A stretch of DNA of 64,000 nt from Chiloscyllium plagiosum (Eukaryota), in assembly GCF_004010195.1 (NCBI RefSeq), contig NC_057719.1, positions 89,100,649 through 89,164,648 of the forward strand. The letters are read 5' to 3'. Under the pieces are notes generated by a model. It did no database searches. It was not told the origin of the DNA and was given only the letters and a program-made list of their open reading frames with translations. Below are positions 27,106 to 40,080 of the stretch, piece by piece. Position numbers and translations under genes: made by a program. The number at the start of each line of letters is the position of its first letter. The stretch's first letter is position 1.

Positions 27106-27755
27106 CTATATCACAGACAACAGCTGCCCCTCTGTATATTAAGCAGAACAGACTCCCGGTAAATAATCTGGTGAATATTTTATGGAGAAAAACAATTCCT
27201 ACCTATATTTTAGAGGGCAGCGGACAGATGGTGGAGAACAGCAGACCCTGTGATATTGTAAAGGACAGCAGTCAGATGGTGGAGAACAGCAGTTCCTGTG
27301 CATATTACAGAGAACAGCAATCACTGCCTGTATATTGTGTAGAACTTCAGTTACAATACACATCACAGGGGATAGCAGCCCCTGTGTATAATACAGATAC
27401 CACTCCTGAGGAAGGACCAGAGCTCTGAAAACTTGCAATTTCAAATAAACCTCTTGGACTACACTTGGTGTCATTTGATTTTTGATCTACAGTACAGAGA
27501 ACAGCCGTCCCTGCGTATTTAGAGAATGCAGCAGTCGATGTGTAGCTGTAGGAAAACAGCAGTTCCTGTGAATGTTGCATAGAATTCCCAGGGAATATTA
27601 TGGAGAACATGTGTCCCTGTCGATTATATAATGAACAACAGTCCCCGCATATATATATATACAGTTCCTGTGCATGTTACAGAAGTTCGCAGCTCCTTTT
27701 TATAACACTCAGATCCGCAACTCCTGAGTATATTAGAGAACAGCAGTCCCTTTGT

Positions 27756-29066
27756 GGGTTGGTGACGATTCGCCGCCGATGATTAGCCACTGCCGGTTCT
27801 CCACCAGCGTTTCTCCACTGGGGTCATTTGACCTCTGGAGACTATTCGCCACCGGAAATATATATATGTACTGATTGTTTTCCCTCCCGCCTGTTCGTTC
27901 ATACTTCTCAGTCCCCTTTATTTATACAACTACATACTACATAGTGATAAAAAAGAGGTAAAATAAATATCATTTTATTGGTTTATATATAAAAATAAAC
28001 AAACTTTAACCAGAAAAAGGAAATATATTTTTTAAATCTTTATAATGGCAGTAAAATCTCACATTAATATTAAACAATGAAATTTTAGTTCATTTGATAG
28101 TTATGCGCTATTCCTCTAAGACATTCCAAACAATCTCTTTCGCCGTCTTCAAAAACATTTTTTTTATTCTATCGTCTGCGTCTCGATACTTTTTTAGCTT
28201 TATTTGTGGTGGGTAACCCGCTATCAGCTGTTCCTATATAAATCACCCCGCCCCCCTTTCATTAACATTCCAATACATTTCCATATGGTTGAGTTCAAAA
28301 GCAATTCTCCGTGATTATTTGTGCGATCTTCATCGTTTATTGTTGTCTCATAGACCGACCACATATCATGGGGAAACAAAGGTGCTCTTCGGCTACTGCC
28401 ACGTCTTTGTAGAGTGTTGTAATATTTATAATTAAATTCAAACCAATCTAGTGCTGGTTGTAGTTCTTGAGGCAAAAAACCTGCGAGTGCTTCTACATAG
28501 TTATCAAGGTCAGTAAGTGGCACAAAAGCCAAAGTAATTATCATTTTTGCTTTTAAAGCATAATCAGGATCGGTGTTGTATTGACGAGTTGCTCCAACTG
28601 CAGCAATATGTCTGTGCATATTTTGTGCCAAATGGAAGAAACAGCCCCTAATTTTAACTTCAGGAAAGCATTCTCTCAAAGCCATGATAGCTGCCTGCTC
28701 AAAGTCACAATGGATATACTGTGGTCTGGGATTAGGTACTAAGGACTTCACCATTTCAACCATCCACAAACCACGTCGATTCTGCTAAATGATGTATCCA
28801 AGATTCCCTACCAAATATTACTTCCTTCCAAATATACGATTACTTCCTTGACCACTATCTGCCAAAAGAAACAACGCCAGCACCACTTTAACCAATATAA
28901 CGACAATTTTATATACCACCAATATTAAAAATATATGACTGACTTGTGTTGGCGATGGGTGGTGGCCAATTGTGTGGCCAATGGGTGGTGGATTAGTGTC
29001 CTCGGTGGTCAAAGAGCAGTGGTTAATCGGCGGCGGCGAATCTGCTGTGGTGAATGATCCCACCCC
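27756..29066 (-). mobile_element. Mutator-like (MULE) DNA transposon, internally deleted
   Basis: Inverted termini (gattcgccgccg..gattagccactgc / gcagtggttaatc..cggcggcgaatc); imperfect 9-bp TSD tccctttgt 27747-27755 / gccctgtgt 29067-29075; transposase remnants. Confidence 0.85.
28085..28900 (-). pseudogene. MULE DDE transposase pseudogene
   Basis: WFVDG (28759-28773), IHCDFEQAA, GCFFH (CxxH), LAFVP, RTNNHGE, C-terminal CLRGIAHNY in a shifted frame. Confidence 0.85.
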
Positions 29067-29544
29067 GCCCTGTGTATATCACAGAAAACAATAGTCCCTC
29101 TGTATATTAGACAGAACAGGATGTCTGTGAATACTGTGGAGAACAGCTGTCACTGTGTATATTTCAGAGAATAGCAGTCTCTGCAAATATTACACAGAGC
29201 AGCAGTCCTGTGTGTTTATTTCAGAGAACAGCATATTGCAAAGAAGAATAGTTCCTGTGCATATTGCAGAGAACTGCAGTGGTAGTTCATAATGAGGAGA
29301 GGTGAAGCCCCTACCTATAATCTAGAGAACGGCAGTCCTGATCTATAGAGTAGAGTACAGCAGGGCCTAAATATATTATAGAGAAAAGCAGTCCCTCTGT
29401 ACAATAAGCCCTATTAATATATATATACAGAGAACAGATATCTGTGCATATTATAGCGGGCAGTAGTCCCTGTTATTAGTTTGGAGGACAGCAATCCATG
29501 CCTGTATTATGGAGAAGATCAGTCCTTGTCGATATCATAGAGAA

Positions 29545-29815
29545 CAAAAAAACTGCAGATGGTGAAATCCAAAATAGACAGGCAGGAGGCTGGAAGAACA
29601 CAGCAAGCCAGGCAGCATCAGGAGGTGGAGAAGTCCTGAAGAAGGGTTACCCCCAAAACGTTGACTTCTCTGCCTCCTGATGTTGCCTGAACTGCTGTGC
29701 TTTTCCAGCACCACTCTAATCTAAACTCTGGTTTCCAGCATCTGCAGTCATTGTTTTTACCTGCCTCCTGATGCTGCCTGGCTTGCTGTGTTCATCCATC
29801 TTCCTGCCTGTCTAT
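29545..29815. mobile_element. Fold-back Penelope-like mini element(s) with hammerhead motif at 29629-29669
   Basis: agaagtc CTGAAGA a ggg ttac cccc AAAA cgtt gacttct; inverted arms. Confidence 0.65.
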
Positions 29816-31479
29816 TATATCACAGAGAACAGCAGTCCTATGATAGTTCCTATGCATTGTACTTCAATTCCTGTGTACAGTATGTACCACAGAACAGCAG
29901 TTCCTGTATATAGTACAAATCTAATATATACAGGATACACAGAATAGTAGTTTCCGTGTATTAGACAGAGAACAGCAGTCCCTGTGCATATTACACGGAA
30001 CAACAGTCCCTGTGATTATTGCAGAGAGCAGCAGTATCTGAGTACATTACAGAGAAGAGCACTTCCTGGGTGTATTGCAGAGAATCACAGTGGTTGTGCA
30101 TATTGAGGAGAGCTGCAGTCCCTGACTGTAGTCTAGAGAAGTCCAGATCAATAGAATGGTGAGTCCCTGTCTGTATTATAGAGAACAGCAGTCCTGGTCT
30201 ATATTAAAGAGGTCAACAGTCCTGATCAATATGATGGAGACCAGCAGTCCCTGTTGGTATCTTAGAGAACAGCAGTCCATGCCTATATTACAGAGAACAG
30301 TTCTTATATAAATTAGAGTGATATTACAGATAGTTCCTGTGCATGGTATTTCAATTCCTGTGTACAGTATGTACCACAGAACAGCAGTTCCTGTGTATAT
30401 TACAAAGAACGGTAGTTTCCGTGTATTAGACAGAGAACAGCAGTCCCTGAGTATTTTACAGAGAACAATACTCCCTGAGCATACTACAGAGAACAGTAGT
30501 AATTGAGTAGATTAAAGAGAACAGCAGTTCTCTGTATTGTAAATAGAACAGCAGCCCCAGTGCATATTACACAGAGCAGCGGTTCCTGTTTTTGTTGCAG
30601 AGAACAGTAGTACGTGAGTACGTTCAGTATTGTGGGAAAAAGATCTGCCACCCTGCTCAACAACAGCATTGCCACATAAAAAACCACAGAAGGTGGCCTG
30701 TAAAATACAGAAATCAAGACTGCCAACATATACAGAAACTACCCAGAGGGCCCCAGTCTTGGCCAAACAGGCTAACATAGAAACCAGACATGGCCAAGCT
30801 ACTCCCAGACCAGACAATGCACTTCCTAAAACAGCTTTCACAATCAGCACCCAGCCCAGATTAACACTGCAGTCCCAACACCCTAATAGCAGGCTCCTTT
30901 CCCATTGAAACCGATATCGTGTCAACGAAGAGGCAGACATAGAGACCCTGGGAAGACTTTTCTCACAGGATGAACACAATGGACAGACCTGTATGCCAGG
31001 AGAAGGAACATTCACACATATTCACATGGACAGAAATACAATGAAGAATCCACTGGAAGATATTCTCACCCACTTACAGATGGCTGGAATCTCCTGTGTC
31101 AATTACAAATGAATTGCTACTGCCAGACGCTTGGTTAACTTACATTCAATTTATTCTTGTTTTAATCGCTTTACAATTTTCACCATTGTACTGTAACCGC
31201 TCTACATTTATCATCGTTGTGTTGTATCCTTATAAAGCCTACCTGCACCTTCTGTTCTGGGAAGAATGTTCTGACCATCTATGCAGAGATTCAGTTCTGT
31301 GTCAGCCTGGTCAATTTCTCTTCTGCAATATCCCTTTGTTCAATAAACCGCTTGTCAATTTCACTACGATCCTCATTTGTGGTCTCTGATTTATCGGGCT
31401 CAATTCTCCGACAAGTATATTAAAATTTACTCTATTTTTCTATTCACTTGGGGGAATATTTGGCCAAATAACATGCAAT

Positions 31480-31735
31480 TTGGAGAAAAAGCATCTGTGA
31501 AGAAGTCAACCCTTTTGAGCATCTCCAAGAGGCCTGGATGGAAAACAAAGGTTTCCAATGAAGGAAGCATATGAAAATCTAAGCATCACACCCACTCGTT
31601 TCAGCAAATACCACCTGTCCCACATGTGGCAGTGCACATGGAAATAGCATTGAACTACTTAATAACCTCAGGTACCACAACACTGGAGTGGAAGAACATC
31701 ACCCCCAATCCACGGTGACCGCTCAAGAAGAATAT
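31480..31735 (+). mobile_element. RTE-type LINE 3' remnant
   Basis: Decayed C-terminal TCPTCG...L..LR.H knuckle and a ggagtggaag 3' segment. Confidence 0.4.
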
Positions 31736-32004
31736 GGTCTTACAGAAGGTGAGTGCCGGATAGACCTTCAGAACACATTATTCGGGATGGTGTGAATGCA
31801 CTTCTCAGTCTAAAAGTATAAATCAGTATATCCCGCATATTCCCTCCTTATCTAAGCTATAAACATAAACTCATCTATCTCCTTGTTTTTACCCTAAACT
31901 TTCTTCCCTGAAGATTCTTCTCAGGTTCAGTTTCACAGTCAGCTATTAGACTGCAGCCCTACCTACCAACTTTCCAAAGCTATCACCCATGTCTTTATAG
32001 GAGT

Positions 32005-32345
32005 AAATTACCACAGATGCTAGAATCTGTACTGAAAACAACAAATGCTAGCAGTTGCAGCAGGTCGGACAGCATCTATGGAGAGAGAGCAAGCTAACAT
32101 GTCTTCATCAGAGCTGAAGTGAAGTGTGGAGGAGACAGCATTTATGCTAGTTTGAGATGGGGTGTATTGGGGTGGTGATCATAGAGTGCTGGTGGAGAAA
32201 CGATGTTGATAGTTCTGATTAAGTGATCAGAATGTGAGAATTGCAGGACAACGGTGTGTCTCCAGCAGCCAGACTTGAAAGGGCAGACAGTCCCACTAGG
32301 ATGGGATAAGGGGAGAGGGGAGATGATAACAGAATCTAAATGAAA
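32005..32345 (-). mobile_element. Penelope-like 3' region fragment
   Basis: cagcaggtcggacagcatctatggagagagagcaagctaac...tcttcatcagagct (truncated hammerhead on minus); related to 36430-36700. Confidence 0.55.
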
Positions 32346-32353
32346 GGGAAGAA

Positions 32354-32670
32354 ATGGTGGCACAGTGGTTAGCACTGCTGCCTCACAGCGCCAGAGACCC
32401 GGGTTCAATTCCTGACTCAGGCGACTGACTGTGTGGAGTTTGCACATTCTCCCCGTGTCTGTGTGGGTTTCCTCCGGGTGCTCCGGTTTCCTCCCACAGT
32501 CCAAAGATGGGCGGGTCAGGTGAATTGGCCATACTAAATTGCCGGTAGTGTTAGGTATGGGGTAAATGTAGGGGTATGGGTGGGTTGCGCTTCGGCGGGT
32601 CGGTGTGGACTTGTTGGGCCGAAGGGCCTGTTTCCACACTGTAATGTAATCTAATCTAAAATCTAATCTA
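32354..32670 (+). mobile_element. HE1-type V-SINE
   Basis: Head, V core, taatc tail. Confidence 0.92.
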
Positions 32671-32699
32671 GTATCATTATTCAGGTTGTTAATAACACA

Positions 32700-34528
32700 C
32701 TCCAGCGATTTCAAAAGGCATCCACCATGCCAGTGAGCACCGCATGCTCCCTTTCCAGGGTCACCCAAGCACAGACATAGCTGCAAAGGAGTGGCAGACG
32801 GGCAGGAAAGATAAGCCCCTCTTTCAGCCCACTGGCTTTACCTGTTAATGGTTATCTTGACCAGGCCCAGGAGGAAAGCCACGAGAAGGCTCATAGACTT
32901 TTCAATCCCTCCCTACATTGGGTGCCCGTAGATCATGAGTGTTTGCTGAAGTGCAAACAAACTCTTAACAGCATTCCTTTTGAAAAATCTAAAAAGGGAC
33001 TGCAGATGAGCACACTCAATGTACAAGCGGATGACAGTCTCCACCAGACGACAGAATGTGCATTTCGTCTGGCACCTGGGAAACTTGCTTAGTCGGCGGT
33101 TGCATGGGATTTCCGCGTGCAACACTCTCCACCATTCCAGATCCCTGATGTAAGAGGGGATCTTTATGGAGATCCCTTCACTGGGGATCTCCGGCACCAG
33201 AGGGCAAAACATCAAGCTAAGGCATGTTCAGGCAGCGAATGAAAACACAGCAATGGAGTGGTCACAGCATCAGCCCACACAAATAATGCCTCCAGTGCCA
33301 TTCAGAAGGGCACTTAGAGGATATCCCTGAGCCAGTCAGATTGGGGGCACGATGTCATGGAGAAGGGTTCACGACATGACGCCAATGTCAAGTTCTGATT
33401 GGATAGGGGTCAGTTCACCCAGAAGCAGAATGAAACCTGAAAGCCGCTTACATAAGAGGCACAGGAACGGACTCCACGGAGCGAGAATAAAGCTGGCCAG
33501 ACAGGGGACAGCTCTGACACACTCCTCTCGCAAAACACAGGGGCACCATCAGAGACATATTAACCTTCGCGAAGCGCTGTGCAACAGCGTAAAGAAGCCA
33601 AATCCAGGCAAAAAAGTGCATTCCGAATCTGAAAGCTTGCAGTGTCCATAGACCTGTGGTCCACTCTGTCAGTCTTTTTCTGATCAAGGGAGAGAAAGGA
33701 GCTTGGCAGGCCAGCATTCCAGGAATAATGGAGCATGTCTGGGATCAGGTGGATGTGGTCATGGATGTTCTGGCCTAGGACAGTGTGGGACTGGTCTGGG
33801 TGGATCATGTGGTCCAGCCTGGTGCCAAGGCAAGTCGAAAGTGCCCTGGTAAAGATTCTGTAGTCTGTGCTGAGGAGGGAGACAGGACACCACTTCTTTG
33901 ACAAATGGAGATCCTTCTTCTTCGGCAACAAAGTGATGCTGGCCCTGCACCAAGAAAGGACCATCTCTCCAGTTCTGATACATTTCCTCCAAGATGTCCC
34001 AGAATGCCGTGAAGAACTCAACAGTCAGGCTGTCCAGCCCTGTGAACTTACTCTTGCAACGATGATTGAGGGCATCAGTCAGCTCCTCCGAGCTCAGAGT
34101 GGGGTTGAGCCTTTGGCACCCAGTGGGTGGTCCTCCCATCAAACTCTGCAAGCTTCCTCGCTCAACGGATCCAGAGACTTCACTTGGGCCTTGATGCCTT
34201 CCAGATCTGACCGGACAGATCCGGCATCAGCTAGCAGCAAAAGGAGCTGCCGGTGAACCCAGCAAATAGAAGAAGGGTTGACATCCCAAAGGATGTGGAC
34301 TTATGCACTCTGGGACCCAATGGAATGCAGATCCTGGAGCCTGGCTTTCTTCTCTTCATACACCTTCCACCGGGCTGTGTCCACATCAGGCTGACCAAGA
34401 TGTGACTCCAGGTCGAACACCACCTTCTCAAAACTCCTCAATCCTCAATTCCACCTCTTCATTGCCACCCCCCCCCCCCCCCCCCACCATGTGTACTGTT
34501 GACAGAAAACACATTCCTGAGTCTTGCC
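32700..34528 (-). mobile_element. Tx1-clade non-LTR retrotransposon ORF2 remnant
   Basis: RASITLLPKKKDL..WCPVSLLSTDYRI..IHPDQ..SLDQ.K.DRVDH (RT); WRVLH..CTFC..ET...YIEC (C-terminal Zn knuckle). Confidence 0.8.
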
Positions 34529-34543
34529 CATATCCCACCGTGG

Positions 34544-34720
34544 AGAAAGTGAGAACTGCAGATGTTGAAGCTCAGAGCTGAAAATGTGTTGCTGGAAAAG
34601 CGCAGCAGGTCAGGCAGCATCCAAGGAACAGAAGAATCGACGTTTCGGGCATAAGCCCTTCTTCAGGAATGCCCGAAACGTCGATTCTTCTGTTCCTGGG
34701 ATGCTGCCTGACCTGCTGCG
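34544..34720 (-). mobile_element. 177-bp fold-back Penelope-like mini element
   Basis: Perfect 15-bp TSD catatcccaccgtgg at 34529-34543 and 34721-34735; internal palindrome. Confidence 0.85.
34635..34670 (-). ncRNA. Minimal hammerhead ribozyme motif, intact core
   Basis: Minus strand: attc CTGAAGA a gggc ttat gccc GAAA cgtc gatt. Confidence 0.7.
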
Positions 34721-34924
34721 CATATCCCACCGTGGCCTCAAGGAGGGGAATTCCACCACCTGCTGTCCAGCCCCCACACCCCCTTCCCCTCCCTCCTTGC
34801 CCATCTCTCACATCCCTCCTCCCCCTCCCCCCTTCCTCCCCCCCCCCTTTCCCCAGTTCCTCCCCTCTTCCCTCCCCCATCACCCCTCACCTCCCTCCCC
34901 TCTCCTCCGGCCTTTAATTACACA

Positions 34925-36070
34925 AATATCGCAGTAAAGGGCCCAGCAATCACTTCCTTCGCTTACCACAACTTTCCAGGATACACCTGATCAGGTCCCA
35001 AGGATTTACCCACCTTTATGTGCTTTATCTTGCACCTCCTCCTCCTCTGTAATATGGAAACTTTTCAAGATATCACTATTTATTTCTTCAAGTTGTCTAG
35101 CTTCCACATCCTTCTTCACAGACGTAAATGCTGACGTGAATACTCATTGATCTCTCACCCATCTCCTGCATTCCACATATGGGCTGCCTTGTTGACCTCA
35201 GTTCTCTCCCCAGTTACTTCTTCACTCTTAATGTATTTGTAGAATATCTCTGGACTCTCCTTAACCCTATTTACCAAAGCTATCGCATGTCCACTTTCTT
35301 ACCTCCTGATTTTCCTCGTATATACTCCTTAAAGGAATCATTTGATCTGAACAGTCTATATAAAGAACAAAGAGCAAGGAAAATTACAGCACAGGAACAG
35401 GCCCTTTGGCCCTCCAAGCCTGTGCCAATCCAGATCCTGTAACTAAACCTATCATTTCTGAAGAAGGGCTTATGCCCGAAACGTCAATTCTCCTGCTCCT
35501 CGGATGCTGCCTGACCTGCTATTTTTCTAGCACCACATTCTCACACTCTACCTTTCCGTCCTTCATATACCCTGGAAAAGTAAGCTGCCAGTCCTACAAT
35601 TCCCTGAACCACAATTCTTTAACAGCTGTGATATCCCAGTCTCATCTTTGCAAACATGCCCTGGGTTCATCTGCCTTACCTGTCAATACCTTCACTTGCA
35701 TTGAAATAATTAAATTAAATTAAATGTAATTTAATTTATCAGTCTTACATCATTCCTATTTGTCTTAACTATTTGACTTGCTCCTCTTCTCAATTGTTCC
35801 AGCCTCAGACTGATCTCTTTTCTCTATCTCTTTAAGATCCTACTCACCCTCCTCCTCCCACCACTAGTTTAAACACTCCCGAGTAGCATTGGTAAATCCC
35901 CCCAATAGAATACTTGTCTGCTTCTAATTCAGCTGCAACCCATCCTTCTTATAAAGATTATGTATACTGCAAAAGAGATTCCAAAGATTCAAATATGCGA
36001 ATCCCTGCCCCAACTTGTCACCCATCATTAATCTCCACTATTTGCCTATTCCTCCTCTCATGAGCATGTG
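34925..36070 (-). mobile_element. Decayed CR1 fragments with nested insertions
   Basis: Similar to the 9960-10610 and 15900-16400 CR1 segments; CR1 3' end at ~35360-35450. Confidence 0.55.
35454..35489 (+). ncRNA. Minimal hammerhead ribozyme motif, intact core
   Basis: attt CTGAAGA a gggc ttat gccc GAAA cgtc aatt, followed by the PLE tail ggatgctgcctgacctgct. Confidence 0.7.
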
Positions 36071-36749
36071 GCACTGGGATACTCAGCAGGTCTGGCAGCA
36101 TTTGAAATGGTAACAGATGTCAGAACCATTGTAGCCTTGAACAAGTGTTTAAATGATCATACAAAGCACTTTCGTATAGATTACACACTAAGTGCTGAAA
36201 AATGGGTCAAGCATAAATAGGTGTTTGATGACAGCACGGGTGTGATGGGGATATTGTGTTCAACAATTTCATATCAGCGTCACTGTCTCCGTTTTGTTTC
36301 ATTATTCTCTCTGACTCTCGTTCAGTAAGCAAGCAGGTGTAGCAAGCAGTTAAGAATACAAATGATATGTTGGCCTTCAAAGTGAGAGGATTCAAGAGCA
36401 GGAACAGGGACATCTTTCTGTAAGGTTGGAGCAAGTTACTGCAGATCCGGGAAGCTACACTGAAAACGACAAATACTGGAGATCAGAGGAGGTCATGCAG
36501 CACCCATGGAGGATGAAGTGCTTATGCCCGAAACATAGATTCCCCTGCCCCTATGATGCTGCCTGACCTGCTGTGCTTTTCCAGTGCCATATTTTTCAAC
36601 TCTGATCTCCAGCATCTGTAGTCCTCACTTTCTCTCAGAATCTATGGAGAGAGAGCAAATTAACGTTTTGAATCTAGATGACTCGTCCTCAGAGCCAAAG
36701 GCTCTGAATTCATTGTTATGAAGTTGAAGGTGTGTATTGTACCTTTAAG

Positions 36750-37035
36750 AGAATTTCACCTGCACCTCCACACACATCATCTATTGCATCCTCTGCACCC
36801 TTTGTGGCCTCCTCTACATTGGGGAGACAGGCCGCATACTTGTGGAACACCTCTGGGACACCCGGACCAACCAACCCAACCACCCCGTGGCTCAACACTT
36901 CAACTCCGCCTCCCACTCCACCAAGGACATGTAGGTCCTTGGACTCCTCCATCGCCAGACCATAGCAACATGACAGTTGGAGGAAGAGCGCCTCATCTTC
37001 CGCCTAGGAACCCTCCAACCACAAGGGATTAACTC
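36750..37035 (+). mobile_element. Penelope-like element GIY-YIG endonuclease remnant
   Basis: FTCTSTHIIYCILCTLCGLLYIGETGR...PVAQHFNS...EEERLIFRLGTLQPQGIN across frames. Confidence 0.85.
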
Positions 37036-37704
37036 AGTTTGTGTCATTTCACTCCCTCGCCATTGAACTCTTGCTGTCCAGCTATCATTCTGGTGAATCT
37101 ATGCTACACTCAAATGGACATGGATTCCCAAGTCGTCATTCCTTCTTTCTTTTCTCTGTTTATAAAGTCAGTGTCAGTGCTATGCTGATGTGAAATGGCT
37201 GCCATTAACAAACTTAAAATGTCAGATGACTGACACCTTTTGAATCATTCATCCTGGCTTTGCAGATTAAAACACATCTCATCTCTTAGCCTCCTGCAGA
37301 TGAAACACAGCAACACACAACCAATGCCGTTTGGATGTTGGACTGAGGAAGGACAATATAAACTAAATGCTATAATGTTAAACTCGGTGCAGGAACAGAG
37401 AAGGCTTCAATTTGGGTTTGGAATTCTTGCAGCACAGAAAAAGAGCAAATGAGACAAAAGTGTTTTCATTCATCCATTCCTGCATTGTGGAAGTATTAGT
37501 TTGATTTGCAGAAGCAGGTTGTAGAGAATTCTGTTAGAACAGATGCAAATTCCAGTATTTGTTTAAAACTACTCCCCTTAGATAATTAAAGGTTTTGGCA
37601 CTGTCTGTCTAACTTCAAACAAGTAGAGACATAGGAATATGCAAAGTGTGACAATGTCAGGTCAGCCTCGGTGTGAGGCCTGTTCAGAATCTGTCACAGA
37701 GTTT

Positions 37705-37987
37705 TAGATTAGATTCCCTACAGTGTAGAAATAGGCCCTTCGGCCCAACCAGTCCACACCGACCCTCCGAAGAGTAACCCACCCAGACCAATTTCCCTCT
37801 GACTAATGAACCTAACACTATGGGCAATTTAGCATGGCCAATCCACCTGACCGGCACAGCTTTGGATTGTGGGATGAAACCGGAGCACCCGGAGGAAACC
37901 CACACAGACAGTCACCTGAGGCTGGAATCGAACCTGGAACCATGGTGTTGTGAGGCAGCAGTGCTAACCACTGAGCCACCGTGCTGC
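37705..37987 (-). mobile_element. HE1-type V-SINE
   Basis: Head, V core, tail on minus. Confidence 0.88.
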
Positions 37988-39519
37988 TCAGTAAAACTCG
38001 ACTCTGATGGGATGCAAACCCACAACCTTTGAATAGCAACATTAACAAAGGCGTAGAAGTCCAATGCGCTTTCCATTGCACCACAGAGCTACTGTGGCTT
38101 CAAATATTCTGCTGTCTAAAAACAAACTAAAAAAAACAAAATTGCAATTAAACAAACTTGCTGGCTCACTTCATGTGAGAGAGTGCGTGTGACTGTGAAG
38201 GAATGAGTGTGACAGTGAGGAGTGAGAGCTTACATTTGCATTTGAGAAACTGTGCTCAAGCGTGAGTGAGAGGCATTTGTAAAGTTGGCTGATTCTGTGC
38301 GTTGGTGAGTTTGTAATGTTCTCCAAGTGTGGTTCTGTTTTCGGATACCATCAATGTACACTGGACAATAATGTTTAATAATTTCTCACCATTTTAAACA
38401 GAAGCATTCTGTTTTTCCTTTTTTTCCTAAAAACGTGAATTGCCTTTCACCACCTTGTATTTTCTCTGCAATATTTTAAATATATCTCACGCAATACAGA
38501 TAGCAAAGTAGATAATATGATGAGAAGTAACGAACTGTGTTACACTCGGTCCTCCATGTTGCAATGTTATAATATCCAGTCAGAAAACTACCTTCACACC
38601 AGGACAAAACCTCACTGGGTCTGAAACTGTGGACTTGGCAGGGAATGGGTATTTTAATATATCAATAAGGTAGTTTATAAATCTCTGCTGCATATGGATA
38701 TGTCTCCACATTATATTCCATCTGCCAATTCCTTGCTTACTCAGTAAACCTGTCTATATCTGATTAAAGCTTCTTTGGTTGTCCCCACAACTTTCTATCC
38801 CACCCAACGTGGTCTTATCAGTGATATTGGAGACATTACACTTCTTCTCTTTGTATAATTCATTAATATCGATTGTAAATGACTGTGTCTTTAGCACTGA
38901 TCCTTCTGGCACCTCCCTATTATTAGCTCACCAAGCTGGAAATGACCCTGTTTACCAGTCAATCATATGTCCTCCAGAACACAGCAAACACTGTTACACT
39001 AATTGAGCCTTCATATTTACAATGTTAAAATATACAGTCAGAGAACTGTCAGAGATGGGGAAGGTGGAAGACACAGAGAGCATCACAGAGGCAAGCACAA
39101 AGAGAGAGAGAGAGAGAGAGAGGGACGGGGGAGTCAGAAAATATCAGACAAGAACTGAGAGGGAGAACTGTGAAGATGCACAAATTCAAATATAATGCAA
39201 TTTTCCAACATTTTCAGGTTGTTAAACCTAACTAGAATGGCAAATTCTGAGACCCACAGTGACTCTTAAAAACTCACCAACAAGATGAGCTATGTGCCCA
39301 TTTTAACATTGGTACCATTCAGGTTTTATTGCCTCTCCTCAGAGTTCCATCCGAAATAAATTGCTGCACCCTTCTTAGCATTTCAGTGAACTGCCATGTG
39401 TCTATCCATTTCATCAGACTGCTGAGATCCTCCTGAGTCTGCTCGTATCCTATCAAACTGAGTCTCCTTGTAAACCACTCCATGAAAGGCAGCTACAGCA
39501 ACAGATTTGCAAGGTAAAT

Positions 39520-40075
39520 GCTTCATTGGCCTTCACTGTAAACAGATTGCATTTAAGATTTAGGCATGTCTTAACGCAGTGAAACAGAGGACTTAATATG
39601 TCCAGACAAGGAGGGTCATGTGTACTTTGCTTCTCCCTACCTAAGAGAGGATATCCTTGCCATAGAAGGAGGGCAGCAGAGGCTGATATGGTAGAACTGT
39701 CCCATGGGGATAGGTTGGTTCAGCTTGGCCTGTGTTCAGGAGAATGGGATGTGAATGAAATGTATCCAATTCTACCTGGGCTAGATGCAGAGACTGTTTC
39801 CCCATTGGGGAGTGTTGATTGGCCTCGGTAGGGTCATGGTCTCAGGATATGGGCTAGGCCATTTTGAATGGAGATGAAGAGAACTTTCTACATTCCAACA
39901 GTGGTCAATCTGTGGATTTCTCACCCACAGAATGGTATGCAGCTCAAGTCACTCAATATATTTAGGAACGAGAATGATAAAGCTTTTAGAGATTAAAAAC
40001 ATCACAGAATATGGAGAGAAAGTAGCAATATTGCATCGAGATAGACAATCAGCCATGAACATACTGACCATAGAT
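39520..40075 (+). mobile_element. Decayed CR1 3' fragment
   Basis: Resembles the 5750-6300 CR1 family 3' region. Confidence 0.55.
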
Positions 40076-40080
40076 CCATT

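Larger units (their letters stand above)
7900..30640 (+). repeat. Large degenerate 28-bp tandem array (consensus ~GAGAACAGCAGTCCCTGTGTATATTACA) interrupted by TEs
   Basis: Hundreds of same-orientation variants of agaacagcagtccctgtgtatatt; 28-nt spacing e.g. at 24451-24506. Confidence 0.9.

Noticed and set aside
7900..30640. CRISPR-like array (28-bp partly palindromic repeat)
   Set aside because: Units are head-to-tail with no unique spacers, highly degenerate, eukaryotic context, no cas genes
34572..34937. Pro/Gly-rich ORFs
   Set aside because: Arise from a C-rich low-complexity tract adjoining a PLE palindrome
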